From Cyanobacterium sp. HL-69 (lineage in GTDB: Bacteria; Cyanobacteriota; Cyanobacteriia; Cyanobacteriales; Cyanobacteriaceae), in assembly GCA_002813895.1 (NCBI GenBank), contig CP024912.1:2595836-2635835 (forward strand): 40,000 bases of DNA. Reading direction: 5' to 3'. The position numbers and the translations under genes were made by a program. Below, piece after piece: positions 27,801-35,318 of this stretch; positions within the stretch are counted from its first letter, which is position 1; each line of letters opens with the position of its first letter. The notes under the pieces are model-generated. The model saw only the letters and a list, made by a program, of their open reading frames with translations. It made no database searches and was not told the origin of the DNA.

Positions 27801-27944
27801 ATCATCATAGTCATAATCTTCAAATTCATCGTAATTCATTAATTCTTCCTCTTGTGTAAAGGTATCCTTTTGAATGTGATTGTTGTCTAAATCAAGCTGT
27901 AGTTGATTCGATTCTGAGTTAGGATTTTTGCTTTTTTTAGCCAT
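24867..27944 (-). CDS. cas10d: Cas10d large subunit with N-terminal HD nuclease motif (type I-D signature); apparently truncated or frame-shifted at the 3' end
   Basis: 1025 aa. HD motif in AGFILHDFEKF. Located between the HD-less Cas3' helicase and csc2. The frame ends at TAA 24867-24869 while the +1 frame continues. Confidence 0.85.
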   Translation of the reverse strand: MAKKSKNPNSESNQLQLDLDNNHIQKDTFTQEEELMNYDEFEDYDYDDDEFNLGDEWENSDRTIAPPKRELITLKLLQEAIIKQNPDDIVMADFAEYVLPNLLKVAVGVTAKGGKWIEKKLAEGIKSKRALSDQSLNTHLLNGLFPANLIQKELQKLDTTIRRVIKEKERRLSTAGFILHDFEKFDYSRFPEMPQKYIDLQKEESKKIRDLSVAQHREIITVIIKYLNLDRLIDPENSDSYLEYLDDILFIAYNTQTRYDTNWNLSSNSDLTPKLTGDKLNSLAYLSCLADRFASIIKHPQDALQPSINDLVGRLSNRQLKLSYHSIAENRGVLTNILNNALIDAHTNLNTNEQKYYYPLLYLPTGVVYLCDRHAPNISKDDIPLLVVDKIKSLCSDELKKRQTGFNRDGKGIKYPDYYELFFDDISLMEVALDATIKILHDKKTPVSASRSENLVKFQQQEILPSCYNFQFSDDIRIDRIAEFGDTITRKIWGTKVEKITELIKENKAQRKNNKDLPELPNLELTSEVLIQKIVEFWNLSEHLPAINSIQNINQKLRDNNLNGNTGGVPYEWYYLAVKYLEKNQGIENIRNPCLELIEYLKTIINPIKEKYNIDDGWQDLKSWVTQVIMLPKKESKNIINHKLLEELNNYQLAKKSGRGKQQICSISHSAYTVTEQRESAVLFMPQVYTNKQMLGGSNATRNISSIAGLEMMLRQILMSQTQAIGKNFEEAKYRYLYFYPTYYCTPETNTFLHKAYDNIRQTRFDTGIRNHFISKDLQADFSLENYQTMDIFHLDNDNSKTIDKTFKLSYPENQPLTFYFIALPPEKKGKEKKVSDTESWIMPTWLGFAFPMILDVKVAVSESPIPPFIDGSEFHETVFLDSPPISIKSLAKRDRFRLDYILEGWQENHKNYASPLNILTASYAIHLDVNARQTKNGYDPNWGKLTELARDLETTPLMVFSYLNKWVRKQKLDSTGIKKIKLYAYHFYPCFDPYIIFHPEKEEFIMQIESPFKFNLTLSQILSS

Positions 27945-28086
27945 AATTTTAGATTGCCAAATTTATTGTTTTATTTAGAACAGAAGAGAGAAAATATAAA
28001 ATAATTAATACTCTTCAATAATTTGTCGTGTTTTGTTGATTAGTGACTTCACCAGCCATATTTGGGAGCAAAGAATTCCTACGTCT

Positions 28087-28107
28087 ATACCTATCAGGGA
28101 TTGAAAC
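28087..28107 (+). repeat. Orphan CRISPR half-repeat, inverted relative to the array
   Basis: ATACCTATCAGGGATTGAAAC versus the repeat 3' end ATACCTACTAAGGGATTGAAAC: 20 matches, 1 mismatch and a 1-nt gap. The full GGGATTGAAAC terminus is conserved. Confidence 0.7.
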
Positions 28108-28108
28108 T

Positions 28109-30289
28109 CTAGCAAATCCATGATTCACCTCTTTTATTTTTTAAACGATATGCTAAAGTGTCGAGAAGTAAAGCCGATTGCCCAAAAGCGATCGCATAGG
28201 GGGGTTTTTCATCTGTGCCTACCTCATCCATCGGATATATTTCAAAGTGCATAGGTAATTGTAAACGCCCTTTAACCTCCCATATGGAATAAGGCACGAC
28301 GTAACTAACTAATCCTTGTATTTTTAGTCGTTTGTTAATCTCATTAATCCAACAATTATCAGGTTGATAGACTTGGATACCAGATAAAACCGTTACTTTC
28401 CAAGAATTTGCGATCGCCTTTAAGTCACTACTATAGGTAAATTTCCAATTTAATCTTTCCTCTCGATAACAATTTAAGTTCATAAAGCCTAAACAATGAC
28501 GAAAACGCCCTTTAGGAATCGGTATATTAGTTTTAGCTTTAGTTTTTTCTAAAAGTTGCTTAAATTTAGATTCGGTGATCGGTTCAATGTCTAAATTGCT
28601 TAAGATACTAGGTAAATTATAGGTTTTAAAACGATCGCATTCATTAACTTCTGTCAAATCATATAAACCACATTGAAGCTCATTTGAACCTCTAAAACTA
28701 ATAGCAGATTCAACGATGGGATTACCTTTTTTACCTGATAATTGTTGCCATTCTTCTCCCCATTTTCTCATACAAAAAGCGGTTTTTTTGAGACTAGAAT
28801 TAAATACCGTTTCACAATCTTGTTTAAATGCCTCTTTACTACCTGCAAATTGTTGTTCAATGGTTTTATGTCCTAATCCCGATTTACTACTAAGCAATAC
28901 TGATAAAACTCCTGCCCAACGTTGATAATATCCTTCAAAGTTATTAATTATACGATAATTATTTCTAATTTGATCATGAAAAAAAGGTCGATCATAAATA
29001 CCATTTTGTTCTAAGTTTTTATTTTGATCATTGAATAGTCTTTCCACTAAAAAATTAGGAGTTAAAGCATAAGCAGTAAAATTGTCAAAATTAATTATTT
29101 CCCCTTTCTTTTCATAGCCATCATGTCGTGCTAACCTACCCAATCTTTGAATAAAACTTCCTGCATCTGCGGATTCAAAAATCAGAAAGTTAATTTTAAA
29201 ATCAACCCCAACATCAATCGTGCTAGTACCAATAACTAAATCAGCTTGTAAAGATTTTTCTTTGTCTATTTTACCTGTCAAACTTGTGTTTTCTTGAACT
29301 TTTAAAGGAGATAAAAATTCTTGTAATAAAGGTGTTAAACGTTTAACAGAAGCGATGGAATTAAGAATAATAGCACCTTTACATCCTTGATGTTTTTGAA
29401 AATGAGATAAAATGAGATTTTTATTTTCTTTAATCCAATTTTCTGAGGCATTGTAAGAAGATTCTAAAGGAATAAAAATGAAATCTATTGTACCAACTAC
29501 TTTACGCCATTTTTTTGCTGCTAATTCTGGGCATTTTTCTAGGATATCAGGAAATTGATATTTTTGTTCTTGATAAGGATCAATTACTTGGCAATTAAAC
29601 CCTACTTTTTGCAATCTTTCAATTATTTGGGTTTCTGGAGTTGCTGAAAGGAAAAGATATTTTTTATCTCGATTAGTGTGACGCACTAATAACATTGTAT
29701 TTATAATATTAGCGATGCTCGGAGCATTAAATATATGAAATTCATCAAACACAAAAAAATTAAATTTATTATCCAGAGGACTCCATAATTTATCAGGACG
29801 GTCTTTTGGTATTAAATAAGCCCCTTTTCTGAGATAATGCAGAATATCTGGATTCGTTTGGATAATCTCTGAATTTTCAATTTTAGTTGCGATCGCCTCT
29901 TCTTTTCTGATTTCTTCTGTTTCAGCATAAATTTCTAAATCTGCACCACTTAAACGAGTTATACGAGGCTCATTATTAGATTTAAATAAGTCAATGTAGT
30001 GCTTAATTTGTGCTTGTTGATCTCTTGCTAATTCATTGGTAGGATATAAAGCTAAAATATAACGAAATTGCTCTTTTTTTTCTCCTTGTAAAGTATCTAA
30101 ATAAGCAGCTAAACTTTTACCATCTCCCGTCATTGCTATATTAAAAATAACATCAATATTAGGATTATTAAGGGCTTTAAAAGTTTCTAATTGATGCCAA
30201 GATAAAGACCAGTTTTCAGGTAAATTAATATCTTGGGGAATATCATCAGCAGGGCAAGAATAAACTGGTTTTAATTTGATTTGATACAT
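28109..30289 (-). CDS. cas3: Cas3' helicase (no HD domain; type I-D)
   Basis: Walker A AMTGDGKS near residue 55, DEFH box (FVFDEFHIF) and C-terminal helicase motifs (QRLGRLARH). No N-terminal HD motif. Confidence 0.9.
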   Translation of the reverse strand: MYQIKLKPVYSCPADDIPQDINLPENWSLSWHQLETFKALNNPNIDVIFNIAMTGDGKSLAAYLDTLQGEKKEQFRYILALYPTNELARDQQAQIKHYIDLFKSNNEPRITRLSGADLEIYAETEEIRKEEAIATKIENSEIIQTNPDILHYLRKGAYLIPKDRPDKLWSPLDNKFNFFVFDEFHIFNAPSIANIINTMLLVRHTNRDKKYLFLSATPETQIIERLQKVGFNCQVIDPYQEQKYQFPDILEKCPELAAKKWRKVVGTIDFIFIPLESSYNASENWIKENKNLILSHFQKHQGCKGAIILNSIASVKRLTPLLQEFLSPLKVQENTSLTGKIDKEKSLQADLVIGTSTIDVGVDFKINFLIFESADAGSFIQRLGRLARHDGYEKKGEIINFDNFTAYALTPNFLVERLFNDQNKNLEQNGIYDRPFFHDQIRNNYRIINNFEGYYQRWAGVLSVLLSSKSGLGHKTIEQQFAGSKEAFKQDCETVFNSSLKKTAFCMRKWGEEWQQLSGKKGNPIVESAISFRGSNELQCGLYDLTEVNECDRFKTYNLPSILSNLDIEPITESKFKQLLEKTKAKTNIPIPKGRFRHCLGFMNLNCYREERLNWKFTYSSDLKAIANSWKVTVLSGIQVYQPDNCWINEINKRLKIQGLVSYVVPYSIWEVKGRLQLPMHFEIYPMDEVGTDEKPPYAIAFGQSALLLDTLAYRLKNKRGESWIC

Positions 30290-30301
30290 AACTTTGACGG
30301 T

Positions 30302-30634
30302 TTAAATATCTTGTAAAATATCGTTAATTTGTTGTTTTAATTTTGGTAATTCATTTTCCGCTATTTCCTAAACAACACCTAAATCAACTCTAAAATATTC
30401 ATAAACGATTAAATTTCTAAAATCTGCCATATCTTGCCAATCAAGTTGACAATATTTTGCTTTAAATTGCTCAAATGTTGCCCGACTGGCTTCTCCGATA
30501 ATTTGTAAATTATGGATAATCAACGTCTGTATTAATTCATCTTCATAAAATTCTCTTTCTCCTCTAACAACATATTTTTCTATTTTTTCAATATATTCTT
30601 GAATATCCTTAATTCTTTCTGTGTCGTCTCTCAT
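30302..30634 (-). pseudogene. hepT: HepT (DUF86/HEPN) toxin gene disrupted by an in-frame amber codon and carrying His->Tyr in the Rx4HxY motif
   Basis: The ORF 30368..30634 ends at TAG 30368-30370. The same frame continues as EIAENELPKLKQQINDILQDI to TAA 30302-30304, which is the normal HepT C-terminus. The motif reads RNLIVYEY instead of Rx4HxY. Confidence 0.75.
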
Positions 30635-30921
30635 AAATTAATTGCCTCCTGTAAAACCCGCTCTTTAATACGTTGTTTCAACCCATTAACGGTGACAACA
30701 TCAACTTTTTTACCTAAAAGGTTTTCCAATTCTCTAATTAACCTCACAGGAAACCAAGGGGTAATTTTATCTATGTCATAATCAATCAAAAAGTCAATAT
30801 CGCTTTTTTCGTCTGCTTCTCCCCTTGCAACCGAGCCAAATACACGCACATTATATGCTCCATGCTTTGAGGCTATGTTGATGATTTCTTCTCGTTTTTC
30901 TTTCAGCAATTCTAAGTTCAT
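30631..30921 (-). CDS. mnt: MNT-family nucleotidyltransferase (antitoxin partner of HepT)
   Basis: GSVARGEADEKSDIDFLI is the GSxxRGx5SDxDxL motif. The ATGA overlap (30631..30634) couples its stop to the hepT start. ATG 30921 is preceded by AAGGA. The track start GTG 30990 is probably too far upstream. Confidence 0.85.
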   Translation of the reverse strand: MNLELLKEKREEIINIASKHGAYNVRVFGSVARGEADEKSDIDFLIDYDIDKITPWFPVRLIRELENLLGKKVDVVTVNGLKQRIKERVLQEAINL

Positions 30922-31021
30922 ATTTTCCTTAAATACTGTCCGTAAATCACTTATATTGTCATAATAATTCATTAAGATAGAAATTACCACAAATGCACAT
31001 ATATAGTGTCCGTATAAATAT

Positions 31022-31906
31022 ATGACTAGAAAAAATCAAGCCATAACTCTGTCTATCAATGAAAAAGAAAAAAAAGCCCTAGAAAATTTGGCTTTGGAGT
31101 TTGGTAAGACTTGGGGGGATAAACCTAATGTATCGAAGTTGATAAAGGCGATCGCCCTTAACCAATTAAAAATAGCCGTCAATAATGATTGGAATAATCA
31201 GAGGATAGAAACCTTAGAAAAAGCAAGAAAACTGTTATTAGACTTCGGATTTATCCTAGAAGCCGAAGAAATCGCCAAAATATTAATAGAAAGAAGCGAA
31301 TTTAAAAATATATTTTCTAGCCGTGAGATAGAGCAATTTTTAGATAAACCTAAACCCCTATGGCGTAAAAATATAGAAAACTTTATAAAAAGACAGCAAC
31401 CCTTTAAATTGACTTATCAAGACGCTTCCGAAAGACTGTGGAATTTTACCGTAATCCACGGACAATTAAGAATAATAGAAAAACATCAATATCTAGTGTG
31501 TACCTGTCAAGAAACAGAAGGGAATCAAGACATCATAGAATTAAAGCATAACTGGACATTCAAACTTGATCGCATTCAGGAAGCCGTAGTAACTCCCGTA
31601 GAATTATCTTGGCAGCCTGACTTAGATACGATTGAAGTCCAATTTAAAGTTTACCGAGGATTAGCTTTTGCTTACAGTAAAGAAGAAATTAAACAAGACG
31701 ATATTTTTAAAGGTGACATAGAAGATAGTCCTCCATCTCGATTAATTATTCGTAATGTGTGGAGTACTTTTTGGTTTTTTAGGGAAATAAGCAACTATTG
31801 GAATGATTGCGAAATTATCGCCCCTGAATCTGTGAGACAAAAATTTTGTCAAAAATTGTTCGCTATCAATGCTATGTATGCTGAAAATCCTTCACAGGAT
31901 AGTTAA
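31022..31906 (+). CDS. RHH + WYL-domain transcriptional regulator, CRISPR-associated (Sll7009-like)
   Basis: N-terminal RHH-like AITLSINEKEKKALENLALEFG...SKLIKAIA. WYL-type core FKLTYQDASERLWNFTVIHGQL...YLVCTC...WTFKLDRIQEA. Divergent from the mnt-hepT-cas genes. Confidence 0.7.
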   Translation: MTRKNQAITLSINEKEKKALENLALEFGKTWGDKPNVSKLIKAIALNQLKIAVNNDWNNQRIETLEKARKLLLDFGFILEAEEIAKILIERSEFKNIFSSREIEQFLDKPKPLWRKNIENFIKRQQPFKLTYQDASERLWNFTVIHGQLRIIEKHQYLVCTCQETEGNQDIIELKHNWTFKLDRIQEAVVTPVELSWQPDLDTIEVQFKVYRGLAFAYSKEEIKQDDIFKGDIEDSPPSRLIIRNVWSTFWFFREISNYWNDCEIIAPESVRQKFCQKLFAINAMYAENPSQDS

Positions 31907-31954
31907 AATAGTAGTAGAAACTAAATCTATTATTCCCCTCAATATAATCCTTCT

Positions 31955-33097
31955 ATGCAGATTTACCTTGATTCCTGTGCCACTACTGCCCCTCGTATGG
32001 AGGTAATTAATTTGATGCAGGAAATATTACAAAAGGGATGGGGTAATCCTTCTAGTTTACATCGCTGGGGAGAAAGGGCTACTTTGGCGCTGGAAAAAGC
32101 CAGATGGCAGGTTGCGTCTTTTATTAATGCACCTTCTCCTGATTCTATCATTTTCACTTCAGGTGGTACGGAGGCGGATAATTTGGCAGTTTTTGGTATT
32201 ACTTCTCAATATGCTACCCCCCAACATATCATTATATCTGCGGTGGAACACAGTGCGATCGCCCTTCCTGCCCAGATGTTAGAGGATAAAGGGTGGCAAG
32301 TAACCCGTTTACCCGTCAACCGTAAAGGAAGAGTAAACCCCCAAGACTTAGCCCAAGCCATCCAAGATAATACTGTTTTAGTATCAATTATTTACGGACA
32401 AAGCGAAGTAGGCACCATTCAACCCATCAAAGAATTAACCACCATTGCCAAAAGTAACGGGGTTTTATTCCATACCGATGCGGTACAAGTGGCAGGGCGT
32501 TTAACCATTGATGTAGAGGATTTGGGAGTAGATTTATTATCTCTTTCCGCCCACAAATATTACGGCATTCAAGGGGCAGGGGCTTTATATATCCGTGCAG
32601 GGGTAAAATTAGAGCCTTCTGGGGGTGGCGGTGGTCAGGAAAAAGGGTTAAGATCTGGTACACAGGCATTAGGTGCGATCGCATCTATGGGTTTAGCGTC
32701 TCACCTCGCCCAACAAGAATTAGAATCCGAAAGCCTTAGACTTAGAGAATTAAGAGATTATCTTTTTGAACTATTATCCCCATGTCCTTATTTAGCGTTT
32801 ACAGGGGATTTATTACACCGTTTGCCCCATCATGCTAGTTTTCTCATAAACTCCGATTCAAAGCAACTTACGGGGCGTAAAATGGTCAGAGAATTAAATT
32901 TTGCAGGTATCGGCATAAGTGCAGGATCAGCTTGTAACAGCGGTAAAAGTCAGCCATCAAATACCCTCGTTGCCATGGGTTACAGTGAAGATGAAGCCGT
33001 AAAAGGTATTAGAATTAGTTTAGATCGTCATACCACCAAAGAAGATATAGCATGGACAGCCATGGTAATAGAGCAAGTTATTCAACGAATTATCTGA
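31955..33097 (+). CDS. Cysteine desulfurase (class V aminotransferase, NifS/IscS-like)
   Basis: FTSGGTEADN, PLP-lysine context SLSAHKYYG, and active-site Cys loop SAGSACNSG. Confidence 0.9.
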   Translation: MQIYLDSCATTAPRMEVINLMQEILQKGWGNPSSLHRWGERATLALEKARWQVASFINAPSPDSIIFTSGGTEADNLAVFGITSQYATPQHIIISAVEHSAIALPAQMLEDKGWQVTRLPVNRKGRVNPQDLAQAIQDNTVLVSIIYGQSEVGTIQPIKELTTIAKSNGVLFHTDAVQVAGRLTIDVEDLGVDLLSLSAHKYYGIQGAGALYIRAGVKLEPSGGGGGQEKGLRSGTQALGAIASMGLASHLAQQELESESLRLRELRDYLFELLSPCPYLAFTGDLLHRLPHHASFLINSDSKQLTGRKMVRELNFAGIGISAGSACNSGKSQPSNTLVAMGYSEDEAVKGIRISLDRHTTKEDIAWTAMVIEQVIQRII

Positions 33098-33144
33098 TTA
33101 TAGAGCCCTAAATATTATGTTGTAACCTTTAAAAACAAGGCTGT

Positions 33145-33187
33145 TTACCATTCCCCGTTGCCCATTCCCTATTCCCCACCTTCCCCA
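33145..33187. repeat. Dispersed C-rich short repeat, copy 1 (TTACCATTCCCCGTTGCCCATTCCCTATTCCCC...)
   Basis: Shares a core of about 30 nt with 34121..34154 and, inverted, with 36169..36206. Built of CCCATT[C/G]-type heptamers. Confidence 0.7.
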
Positions 33188-33295
33188 AAATACTTTTTCA
33201 TCAAACCCAATAACATTGCCATGGCATAACAACTATGGTTAAAATGGTAGGGTTGTGTAAACGTAAAGTTTAAGTATAAATATTATTTAAAAGAT

Positions 33296-33472
33296 ATGGC
33301 AGTACCTAAGAAGAAAACATCTAAATCTAAAAGAGATCAACGTAAAGCCCATTGGAAAAGAAAAGCTAAATTCCAAGCAGAAAAAGCACTATCTTTAGGA
33401 AAATCCGTCTTAACTGGCAACTCCAACAGTTTTGTTTATCCCACCAAGGATGAAGACGAAACCGAAGAGTAA
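33296..33472 (+). CDS. rpmF: 50S ribosomal protein L32
   Basis: Translated by hand: [58 protein letters not shown] (58 aa). [12 protein letters not shown] is the L32 signature. It falls below the ORF-track size cut-off. Confidence 0.9.
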   Translation: MAVPKKKTSKSKRDQRKAHWKRKAKFQAEKALSLGKSVLTGNSNSFVYPTKDEDETEE

Positions 33473-33494
33473 GAATATTTCACCGAGAAAGAAA

Positions 33495-33518
33495 GGGGTA
33501 AAACTACCCCCTTTTTTT
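33495..33518 (+). terminator. Rho-independent terminator after rpmF, shared with a convergent gene
   Basis: GGGGTA-AAAC-TACCCC hairpin followed by C and TTTTTTT. Confidence 0.75.
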
Positions 33519-34071
33519 ATGCCATACTGATTGCGGTGACAATAGCCCAAGAATCAATTAAGAGTAAGAAGAAGGTAAAACCAAGGAGAAAAAAATACAT
33601 CCAAGGTTGTGCAAGGGGATAAACATCGGTAGTGTCAATGCCTGTTTTGCTTTGTACTATACGCACCATTTTGGCAAATCCCGCCACTCGCATGGGTAAT
33701 AAATAAGCGCGATCGCCCTTATCGGTAGTAAAATAATATACCATGCCCCCTTGTCCTGTGGTACGCATTTTTAACGCTTTTACTTCTTTCCATGGCAAAT
33801 TCCAACCCTTACGCCAAATGAGTTTTGCCCAGTTAGGATATGTAACTTTAATGCCTTCTTCATCTAAAATTACCCTTTCTGTCATCACCGTATAAACTAA
33901 AAAAGCCCCGACGACTAAACCCACCCAAAATAACCATTGAGGAATGGGTAAAGTTGTGGTTTTGGCTAAAAAAGGTAAGGGAGTAGTGAGGGCAAAATAT
34001 AAACTTAGCAGGGTAATTCTAATTAAAGGAGAGATGGGAAAAATATTTTTAGTAGAGTTATTTTCGTTCAT
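33517..34071 (-). CDS. Conserved-looking membrane protein, function unknown
   Basis: 184 aa with two N-terminal and two C-terminal TM segments flanking a soluble, PH-like segment (WRKGWNLPWKEVKALKMRTTGQGGMVYYF). No catalytic motif recognised. Confidence 0.5.
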   Translation of the reverse strand: MNENNSTKNIFPISPLIRITLLSLYFALTTPLPFLAKTTTLPIPQWLFWVGLVVGAFLVYTVMTERVILDEEGIKVTYPNWAKLIWRKGWNLPWKEVKALKMRTTGQGGMVYYFTTDKGDRAYLLPMRVAGFAKMVRIVQSKTGIDTTDVYPLAQPWMYFFLLGFTFFLLLIDSWAIVTAISMA

Positions 34072-34120
34072 GAAGTATTTTAAAAATGCAGATGTTAGGC
34101 TCTATTATACTGTCTATATT

Positions 34121-34154
34121 ATTACCATTCCCCATTGCCCATTCCCTATTCTCC
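34121..34154. repeat. Dispersed C-rich short repeat, copy 2 (ATTACCATTCCCCATTGCCCATTCCCTATTCTCC)
   Basis: See copy 1. Intergenic, between the membrane-protein gene and the LCP gene. Confidence 0.7.
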
Positions 34155-34161
34155 AAATGAT

Positions 34162-35133
34162 TTATCGATTTAAATACGGTTGAATTACTTGATTTTTTTC
34201 GTTTTCAGAAATTAGCCAATAACTAAGACGATATTCCCATGGTTGACTAGGGCGCCCGGGTAAAAGGGTAGTATTAAAACCATTTTGCTCTAATCCTTTG
34301 GCAAAAGACATCAGAGTGATAATTTCTCCGTTGGTTAAGTCGGTATCAACGTTTTTATCCACCACCTTTAAAATTTGAGGTAGTCGAATAATTACCATGG
34401 GGGATTGTAATTTATTTTTTATGGCTTGTAATATGATTTGTTGTCTTTTTACCCTACCAATATCCCCCAAATTATCTCCCCTATATCTCACAAACTGCTC
34501 TGCTTGATCTCCATTTAATACCTGTTGTCCTTCCTTTAGATTAATATATAATCCCTGAGTGTGATCGCTATATTCCATATCCATGGGTACATAAACATCA
34601 ACCCCCCCCACTGCATCAACCAACTCCTTAAACGATTCGGTGGTAATGCGCACATATTTATCGATGGGAATATTATTGAAATTATTTTGTAATACCCTCT
34701 TGGTTAAATCAATTCCCCCAATAGCATTGGCAGCGTTAACTTTATCCCAATTACCATTAGGAAGTCTAACCCTAGTATCCCTAGGAATAGACAACATATT
34801 TAAACTATTACTATGAGGATCTAAACGCACTAATAACATAGTATCGCTACGGGCGGAAAATCTTTGATCTGAATTTGCATCAACCCCCGGCTGAATGTCA
34901 ACTCCCATCACTAAAATATTAACAGGACGTTCGAGTTTTCTTTGCCATAAAGCACTTAAACCAGCTTGTCTGACACCGTCTATTTTTTGCCAAATTGCTT
35001 CCATATCAAAAGGAAGTTCCCCATTTAAAGCCACGGACATTCCCACCATCGCTGAAGCCCCTGCGGTTAAAATCAGGACGCTACCCCAGACAATGCCTTT
35101 GATTACGGGAGATTTTTTTTTTCTTCTTGCCAC
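34162..35133 (-). CDS. LCP (LytR-CpsA-Psr) family cell-envelope phosphotransferase
   Basis: Basic N-tail plus TM, then NILVMGVD...RSDTMLLVRLDP...LSIPRDT..., the LCP core motifs. GTG start at 35133. Confidence 0.85.
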   Translation of the reverse strand: MARRKKKSPVIKGIVWGSVLILTAGASAMVGMSVALNGELPFDMEAIWQKIDGVRQAGLSALWQRKLERPVNILVMGVDIQPGVDANSDQRFSARSDTMLLVRLDPHSNSLNMLSIPRDTRVRLPNGNWDKVNAANAIGGIDLTKRVLQNNFNNIPIDKYVRITTESFKELVDAVGGVDVYVPMDMEYSDHTQGLYINLKEGQQVLNGDQAEQFVRYRGDNLGDIGRVKRQQIILQAIKNKLQSPMVIIRLPQILKVVDKNVDTDLTNGEIITLMSFAKGLEQNGFNTTLLPGRPSQPWEYRLSYWLISENEKNQVIQPYLNR

Positions 35134-35318
35134 CGATTGATACCTTTTAGATGCTAATCCTCTATGATTTTTTGTTGTCTAGTCTAGTCTGGGAAGGGAA
35201 TAGGAATACTACATGTTGAGTTTTTTACAAATAGACATATTTTTAAGTGTATGAATAAGGATAATGTTACCATTTTCTCAAATAGTTAATAATCTTTTAT
35301 CTTGTTGATGAAAAGTAT

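Noticed and set aside
28011-28059. 14-codon minus-strand mini-ORF (MAGEVTNQQNTTNY) in the cas3'-cas10d spacer as a CreT-like toxin
   Set aside because: It has no convincing RBS and no tandem rare-codon feature of the kind described for CreT. It is too short to evaluate from sequence alone.
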